From Syncephalis fuscata S228 (lineage: Eukaryota; Fungi; Zoopagomycota): a stretch of DNA of 64,000 bases. The DNA lies in NCBI GenBank assembly GCA_025786725.1, contig JAHLTZ010000001.1, positions 372,001 through 436,000 of the forward strand, written 5' to 3'. The position numbers and the translations under genes are program-made. This document shows positions 55,582-64,000 of this stretch, piece by piece. The notes under the pieces are model-generated. The model had not been told where the DNA came from. It made no database searches and saw only the letters and a program-made list of their open reading frames with translations. The first letter of the stretch is position 1. Each line of letters begins with the position of its first letter.

Positions 55582-56111
55582 TGTGTAGGCAAAAATCGCT
55601 TATTTCAGTAAATAGCTTAAGCTTCTTATGGTGTGTGGAGTGATGGGAAAGAGTAGTAGAAGAGCGTGTAATGATGGGATATAATATCGACAAAAAGATA
55701 CCGAGGTTTTATAGTCAGGCTGAGTAATACAGCATGTTGCACAGTATGGTTGTTATGGTGTGTGTCATATGTTTTATTATCGAGTAAACAATCAGCAATG
55801 TTTTGCCTGATAAGAATGCTCAAATAAGGAGTGGACATTCGACTAAACAATGATTTAGCACATTAATAAATAAGGATATGTTTATAAACAGTAATAGTTT
55901 AAAGTTAAATCTGACATTTTTGATATTTCTTATGATTGCTCACAGAACTACTTTGTTGTAAGTTCAATATAATTTACATAGCAATCAATTGATTGTAATT
56001 AGATGTTGTACAAACTATCGCAGTCTACTGATTATTGATCACAGAAATGATCAATACTGTAAATTTTAAATAAAAATTGCTATAGAATGCTATAGAAGGA
56101 TAATATCAGCA

Positions 56112-56301
56112 TTGTTAATTGTGGTTTAACGTCATCAAATGGAACATGTTGGAAATGTAATGGTAGCACAAAGGTTGGTCATCATGATTTAGCACCATCA
56201 GACGAATATGTTGGAAATGCAATGGTGGTACTAATATTGCCCATTGTAACTTGGCGCCATCAAATGGAACTTGCTGGAAATGGAACATGGCAGATATTTA
56301 A
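56112..56301 (+). repeat. Degenerate 63-bp tandem repeat (about 3 units) with Cys-rich coding potential
   Basis: catca(a/g)...ggaaatg recurs at 56133, 56196 and 56258; translates to SNGTCWKCNG-type units. Confidence 0.8.
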
Positions 56302-57140
56302 TCTCTACATAATTAATTATATAAATTGCTATTATTTGTACTAAATAAATGTTCTATTAAATAAATTACCGGTTTGGTGAGCAGGTATTACTTGTTTATT
56401 TTTAAACAGCAAATTGTACCACGTTACTGATTGTTTACCCACGAATACATTACACATGTTTAGTTTGAATGAAAAAGAATAGAAAATAAAAGATAATTAA
56501 TATTGCGTTATTAATATTTTAGCAAATATAAAGTTATGTATTTTTAATGTGATTTAATTATAGCTAATAATGGGTATAGTTTTATAAGTAGGTTTAATCA
56601 TTTGAAAAACCATCAAAGCAATACATTAATTTATATATATATATATTACAATCGTAGTTTATTTGAATAAACAATAAAATCTTATACTCAAATCTCCAGC
56701 CATACTGAATCAACTTTGAACAGCATATAATTATTTTAAACTAGACAAGTCACTGATACATTTGAAGAGTTATACATAACTCCGTGTATACTTGGTTTGA
56801 AACAGTAATTGCTGCATTTAGGACATCATGTGGCTTTGATACATTTTTAAACTGTGCCACACGTGATTAGCTATTATGGATAGGCAATGTTTTGTAAAGG
56901 TGATTTATGGTGTACGCTTATGAGCTTCTCAAACTCAGAAGCGAAAATGAGCACACTGAAAACTGTAACTGGATTTTTTTAGTCGTTGTGGCTAAAAAGG
57001 TATTTGATACTGTATTCTAAAAAGAACAGCAAGCCTACATATTCGGCTTTTATTTAAACATGTGTGAATTAACAATAATCCAGTATAATCCAACTCGTCA
57101 CGACTATTTTTCTGCTATCCACCCATGCCACACACGCATT

Positions 57141-58402
57141 ATGGCTCTTAAACGTACACTTGTTATTGCGGCCTATGCCATCGTTAGCTTGAGTTGGAAT
57201 ATAGCTCTATGCAATGCTGGTACTACACAGAGTCGAGCAGACTTGGATAGCGGAATTCCCAACCTTGAAGCTATTACTGAGTTAATTATCGATAAATGGG
57301 AATATGGTGGAGACAAAACAACATATATCGCCAAAGCAACATACATTAACAAAGCAACCCAAGACAAGCTTCCAGCTTTTGTTAAGTGTGATAGCAATAA
57401 GCGACGCCACAGCATTGAACGTCATACATTTGAGGTAAGACGATTTGTGACAGTTTAAGCAATATAATAATTTGGCATTAGGTCCTTCACTCAAGCAACA
57501 TCGATATAAAGTCGTGTGGATTGCTGCCAAGCGCAAAAGCGCTTATTGTAAAGGCGTATCTTCTTACCGAGTCTTCCAATGGTCACGGGTGCATTGTCAT
57601 GGAGAGCAGTAAAAATGCTGTGGATCTTTTTAGTTATATTGTCGATGACCTATCGAAACGCGCCATAAATTTGCAATGAGAGTATTGCATCAAATGCTAG
57701 TTGGTATGTACTACTATGTGCAATGATCTTTCTAACAATAGTTTCAGGTGTTTCTTATCTTCAATGTTTGAAAATTGCTCACATTGACATCAAGCCTGAA
57801 AGTAAGTTTTATTTAATAAATTTTAATTCTAAAAGCACGCTGACCATAATTAATAACCAGATATTCTGATTTATAAAGATACCAATGGTCTTCCTAACCT
57901 TAGGATTATTGATTTTGGTATTGTGGAATATTTGGATCATGGTGAAGATCTGCCATTGCACTGCGCAACAGCTGGCTACTGTGCGCCAGAACTCTTTAAG
58001 GGAAACAATCCCATAGATCACGGAAAGAACACAAGAGTGGTAAATATACCTAAAGCTATTTCTTGGTCAATTGGATCAACTATGTATACATATCTCAATG
58101 GTTTTAAAGCGTATTCCGAAATAAATATTAGGACTGGCAAAGAAATGCTGTATGCAGAATACGGAAAATGGCTGCAGCCCGTTTACAATCTCAACAAGCA
58201 CTTTTGTAGACCAATTGAGATTTTTACAAGTTTACTTAGCCAAAATGAGCTAACTTTGCTTAAAAGTGTAAAGGCATTGGTCGAACAACTTATGGTCCCA
58301 CGTCCTGAAAATCGTCCCAAGCCACATGATATACTTAAAAATTTGGTCGAGCCATATTTGAAAGAAGTAGCAGCAGCACAAGCGTCAAACTCTAAACAAT
58401 AA
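57141..58402 (+). CDS. Ser/Thr protein kinase-like protein with an N-terminal signal peptide, 4 exons
   Basis: MALKRTLVIAAYAIVSLSWNIALCNAG; AFVKC, HIDIKPEN, IIDFG, GYCAPE, SWSIG and PENRP; one frameshift near 57660. Confidence 0.85.
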
Positions 58403-60603
58403 ACATAAACCTGTGCATAATAAAGCTATTTAGAGTTAAAACATTTAAACTAATTAGTTCATTGTTTTAGTTTTAATTGTTTATTAGTATACACGCTATT
58501 GTTACACGATAATAAATTAATATTTGGCGCATTGTAATATCAGAAATTTATTAATAGCACAAAATATGTCTAGCTGGCTGCGAATGTTCCAAATACACAG
58601 TACAGTTTGACAGAATAGCTAAAAATATTTTACTACCCAGCAGAAAAGGAGAACGTAGCAAACACAAATAGAGCGTGACTTCATCGTGTGCTCTTTTACT
58701 GTTAGAAGGTTCCGCCGCCAATAATAGGCACTTTCATTCTAATCGCCATTTTAAGCTGTTGAGTTTTCTTTCCCCTTTGTTGTTGACTTTTGTCCTTTTG
58801 TCTCGTCTGCAGAGACATCATAGCCGCATTTCTCTACTTGTTTCTACCATATAGTAGTAGCCGACCTTTCGAATTGCATTTATTGTCCAAATAACTTGCC
58901 GCAAAGCACAACCCCTTGGCACCATTCAATTTGATTGTGTGGGGTAGCAGCAGCAGCAACAACAATAGCAATAGTGGCTGTTGTGTTAACCTATTAAAAA
59001 TCGTCTCCATCCCTCATGTAAGTGTTTATTCGATAAACCTTGGCTAGACAGGCCTCCGTGGCTATTGTGGCAAGCACAAGAGCTGTTTATGTGCTGGCGG
59101 CGTTTGAAACACAAACAACACGTATGCTGGCTATTATGCTGGCTGCCCTTTTATGCGACAGGCACATTGCGTGCCACGCCATCTACTTACATTCTTGCCC
59201 TTTTTTGTTCTGTTTGGTATTTTACTTTCTTTTACTCCCTCGTACTCATACTGCTAATTCTCATCTTTGTCAACTGCCGCCACTATCTCCGCCCCTTTTT
59301 ACGGCGTTGGCACGTCACATAAACACAAGTGAATTGCGTCAACAGATAGTGCACTATTGGCAGCTGCTATTTCTGTCAAAGTCTAGCTATTGCGCGTGCA
59401 CAGACTTTTAAGACTATATATTGTATTGTATTATATTATTTAACAATATAGTATATACATATATTGAATTGCCTGAAACTAGCGTCGACTATCAAACTAT
59501 TTATATTTATATTGATTCTATTAATTTAATCTAGTAATTGATCATTTATCAAGCGAAGGCATTATTAGTTAAAGTGCTTACCAACGGTAAGTAGCTCATC
59601 TTAAACGGTATTCATATTTCTTTGCTTTTATACTATTCTACGAGCGATGAATAGTGCTAGTGACGTTGCTTTGATACTATATGTTTATTAGTACATCATA
59701 TCGATAGTCGTACTGTACTTGGTGGTTTGTATCGTAGTATGTAATCATTATAACGAACGAACGATACAATATTTGTGAATGACAATTTGCGCTAATTGAG
59801 AAAAAACACATACAATTACCTCCTTGTTTCATCTAATCTAAACTTCATTAGATGATGTTAATTAAAAAGTGTTTGTTTAAATTAATAACAACAACGCTTA
59901 AAACGTCTCCCTTTCACCATATCATCAACTTTAATGACCTTTTGCTGTATATCTTTTTCTCTTTTCTCTCTCTCTCTGTGTGTGTATGTATCTGCGTTAA
60001 TGAATATGAGTTTGAATCTTATTGGTGTTTAACTTTGATTTGTTTAAATTCCTTCCACACTCACAAATTTCATTGGTTTTTTTGGACCACCAACTTCTTG
60101 TTATCTTTCTTGGTACTGCTACTTTTCTACACAGCGTAGTAGCATCTACAACTTCACCTACCTTTTCATCTCATCTTCATTTCTTTGTTGGTGCTTTTCT
60201 ATTGCCTGTAAAAGCCCGCTACTGCTGCTACGCTCCGCCAGCGGCCATAGTATTTCCCACAGCATACGATCGGACATCTACCGGTTTACAACTTACTATT
60301 GCTGTGTCTGTGTGCTTGCTTTCATCACTACCATCGCATTCCTTCCCTATTCGTCTTGCAGCTCTACACCTGCATAACGGCTTTACTTTTTATTTACTGT
60401 CATTCTCTTTACGTCTCATCAATAGTAATAGTGGAACACTTTGACTCATTAGTGATCCACCTTTTCAAAAGGTTGTCAAGTGTCCCTTTTCGCTATCGAC
60501 TACAGTATCGCGCCCTTACTACTTTTGATACTTGCGCATATTTTTGTTGCTTTACGAGCATATTTCTTTAGCGCCTATAAGGCAACGATAAACATTTTTC
60601 ACG

Positions 60604-63600
60604 CTGGCGTCTCGTAATCCATACGACCCTTATGGGCAGCCTTCTTCGCGTCGTACCGATCAAGATCGCTTAGTGGATTTTGATGACGACTTTGGCGACT
60701 TTACATCGCAAGATAGAGATCCATTCTATCGCGGCGACCATAATGGCACTGGTGGTGGCCAGGGCCGTGTTTCGCCCGACGATTTCGTCGATCTAGGCAA
60801 TGAAACTGGTCTATCATATAGCCACCAAGGCAATACTAATCAACAGCATCAGTCCCAAGACCCCTTTGGGTTTAACTCGGCTGTACCATCATCGCATCTT
60901 GCTAACTCTACCTTTGACTCTCCTAATGAACCATTTGCTGCTACGCTTAGTGCACATTACCCAACTCAACCGCGTCAGTATCTGCATTTAAACGACAAAG
61001 ACGAAGACGACGACGACGACGACGACGATCGGGCCGGTACGGAACGCTATCCACACCGAGGAGCTTATAACGACGAGCTTGACGAAGCAGCGGCCGCTGC
61101 CAAAAGCCGCTTAAACTTTCGCGAACAGCAATCAGCCATGGGCGCATCCGAGGCCGCTGGCGCTGGTAACAGTGGCGCAGCTGTAAATCAATTCGTACGT
61201 TCTATATAAATGACCCGACCAAGAATCTACCGTTTAAGTTTTTACATAACCGTGTTTCAACGGCCAAGTATAATATCGTTACTTTTCTTCCAAAGTTTTT
61301 ATACGAGCAATTTTCTAAATATGCAAATTTATTCTTTTTATTCACTTCGTGCATCCAGGTAAGTTATTAAAGCATTGAAAAGGACAAATACAGTTTAACT
61401 TATTTATTTACACACCCACTATAGCAAGTTAAAGATGTATCGCCAACAAATCGTTGGAGTACAGCCATTCCCCTTGCTGTTGTGCTAATAGCCACTGCAT
61501 TTAAAGAGATTATGGAGGACCGAGTAAGCCATTTAATTGTTTGTTTATTTATTTACTTACTTTTTACAATCAATTTAATACAATAGAAACGCCATCTTTC
61601 TGATGCTGAAACTAATGCACGATACACAAAAACACTTAGTGGCGACGTATTTGTTGATGCCAAATGGCGTGATGTCCATGTTGGCGACATTGTTCGTGTT
61701 GAAGGCGGCGAGGCTTTCCCTGCCGATCTTATACTGATAAGTAGTAGCGAACCGGAAGGTTTATGCTACATCGAAACAAGCAATCTTGATGGTGAAACCA
61801 ATCTTAAGATTAAACAAGCCTTAACCGAGACTGTAACAATGATTACGCCACAGGATGTTGCACGTCTAGAAGGTTATATCGAATGTGAACAGCCTAATAA
61901 CAGTCTTTATACCTTTGACGGAACACTTATATTACAAAAAGCATATGGCGGTGAACGACAACAAATACCACTTGATCCAACACAGCAATTATTGCGTGGT
62001 GCCATTCTACGTAATACACGCTGGATCTACGGTGTTGTTGTATTTACTGGGCACGAGACAAAACTGATGCGTAATGCCAGGTAATTGCTACATATTAATT
62101 GCACAAATTACCTATTACTAATCATCATTATTGCTATAAACAGTGCCACTCCAATCAAACGTACTAGTGTTGAAAAGATGACCAATGTTCAAATTCTCTT
62201 TTTGTTTGGTTTGTTGATCGTACTAAGTGTTGCCTGTGCATTAGGTACATTTATCACGGATTTAAAATACTCTAATACAATGTCCTATGTTCCGCGTGAA
62301 AGTTCTGTTAAGGATTTTTTTTATAATATCCTTACTTCCTTATTCTATTTAACAATCTTATTCCATCAGGTAAGATGGCAAAAGCGATTTAATTATCATT
62401 TACCTGTTATACTAATACAAATATGACAATAGTTTGATTGTAACGATGGAAATGGTCAAGTTTATCAATCAACGCTTATTAACTCGGATCTTGACATGTA
62501 CTATGAACCAACTGATACGCCCGCATTGGCTCGTACGAGTAGTTTGGTCGAAGAACTTGGACAGATCGAGTATATCTTTTCGGATAAAACTGGCACTTTA
62601 ACCTGTAATATGATGGAGTTTCGACAGAGTAGTATCGCTGGTCTTATGTATTCAGACGCTGTGGATCCATCACAACGAGCCAAAGTGATTGATGGTGAAG
62701 TGGTCGGTCTACATGACTTTGATCAACTACGTGAACATACTAAAACGCACGAAAATCGCAATACTATGGTTGAATTTCTTACCTTACTTTCTGCTTGTCA
62801 TACGGTTATTCCTGAGGTTAATAATGGTGGTAAGTATATATATATATATATATATAAGTTAATGATAATGAACTGTTTATTAATAATTACAATGATTAGT
62901 CATTACATATCAAGCATCGTCGCCAGATGAGGCTGCTCTTGTAGCAGGTGCACAACAACTTGGCTACGTATTTACCGTCCGTCGTCCAAAGTCGATCACT
63001 ATCGAGATTAATGGAGAGCCATCCGAATTTGAAATCCTAAACATTTGTGAATTCAACAGTACACGAAAGAGGATGTCAGCCGTTGTTCGTGGACCCGATG
63101 GCCGTATTAAACTCTATACCAAAGGTGCAGATACAGTCATTTTAGAACGACTTGCTCCAAACAATCCATTCGTTGAACCAACGCTTGAACATCTTGAGGT
63201 AAGTGTAGTACAGTTTAATCGTTCAATTAATACGGTAATTATTAACAAATGGCCATCTACTATTAGGAATATGCCACTGAAGGTCTGCGCACACTTTGTC
63301 TGGCTATGCGTGAAATCCCCGAAGAAGAATATCGCCAATGGTCTGTCATCTATGACAAGGCAGCTACTACACTTGTGAACCGTAGTGATGAGCTTGACAA
63401 AGCAGCCGAATTGATTGAAAAGGATTTGTTTTTACTTGGTGCCACAGCCATTGAAGACAAGCTGCAAGATGGCGTACCTGAAACCATCTACACTTTGGCA
63501 CAAGCTGGTATTAAGATCTGGGTCTTGACAGGTGATCGTCAGGAAACAGCGATTAATATTGGCTATAGCTGTAAATTAATTCAAGAAGATATGTCATTGA

Positions 63601-64000
63601 TCATTTGTAATGAAGAGACCCATTGGGAAACAAAAGAGTTCCTTGAAAAGAAACTAAATGCCATTCGCTCTGCACGTAGTGGATTTGAGAATGAACCATT
63701 GGCTTTGGTTATCGATGGCCATTCGCTTAAGTTTGCGCTAGAGAAAGACATTGAGCTTACACTACTTGAGTTGGCTTGTATGTGCAAGGCCGTCATCTGT
63801 TGTCGTGTATCGCCATTGCAAAAGGCATTAGTGGTTAAGCTTGTTAAAAAGCACAAAAAGGCCATTCTTCTAGCCATTGGTGATGGTGCTAACGATGTTA
63901 GTATGATCCAGGCGGCTCATGTAGGTGTTGGCATCAACGGTTTAGAAGGTATGCAAGCAGCACGTAGTTCCGACTTTGCCATTTCTCAATTCCGCTTTTT
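60604..64000 (+). CDS. DRS2: P4-type ATPase phospholipid flippase (Drs2/ATP8A-like); partial, runs off the window end, start codon uncertain
   Basis: VSTAKYN, LDGETNLK, LVEELGQIEYIFSDKTGTLT, ASSPDE, EFNSTRKRMS, VLTGDRQET, CCRVSPLQK and IGDGANDV. Confidence 0.95.

Noticed and set aside
55001-55588. 195-aa plus-strand ORF
   Set aside because: Antisense shadow of the SMP-30 gene, which holds the conserved motifs.
56112-56301. Repeat-spacer-like periodicity suggesting a CRISPR array or a Kex2-processed peptide precursor
   Set aside because: Eukaryotic context, no cas genes, the 'spacers' are homologous to each other, and there are no KR/RR cleavage sites.
59040-60571. Several hydrophobic ORFs upstream of DRS2
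   Set aside because: They arise from T/C-rich leader or intron sequence, mostly start at non-ATG codons and show no family motifs.

Overview
AT-rich eukaryotic (fungal) genomic DNA with many short introns (about 50-100 nt). Gene content, intron style and the expanded secreted-enzyme families suggest an early-diverging fungus, most like Zoopagomycota; that placement is inference. There are about 20 protein-coding loci. In order: a partial Ser/Gln-rich protein, a secreted S8 subtilisin, ERD2, a 7TM GPCR-like protein, an ABC1/UbiB kinase, a low-complexity orphan, a Siva-like zinc finger, POL3, RAM2, FOL1 and RICTOR/TSC11. These are followed by an FAD monooxygenase with an inverted truncated duplicate, a full-size ABCG/PDR transporter, a Pmp3-family proteolipid, LSG1, ITPK1, a GNAT acetyltransferase, SEC11, an SMP-30/gluconolactonase, a signal-peptide-bearing kinase and a partial DRS2-type flippase. 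Many genes, including essential ones, carry single-base frameshifts that are most likely consensus errors. The most notable observations are: a textbook AT-AC U12 (minor spliceosome) intron plus a second U12-type donor in POL3; a Siva-like gene head-to-head with POL3; an ITPK1 whose stop codon overlaps that of LSG1; a 1.5 kb inverted duplication; an apparently secreted kinase; and an unannotated 63-bp Cys-rich repeat. No rRNA, tRNA, CRISPR array or autonomous transposon was recognised. Exon boundaries were worked out by eye.
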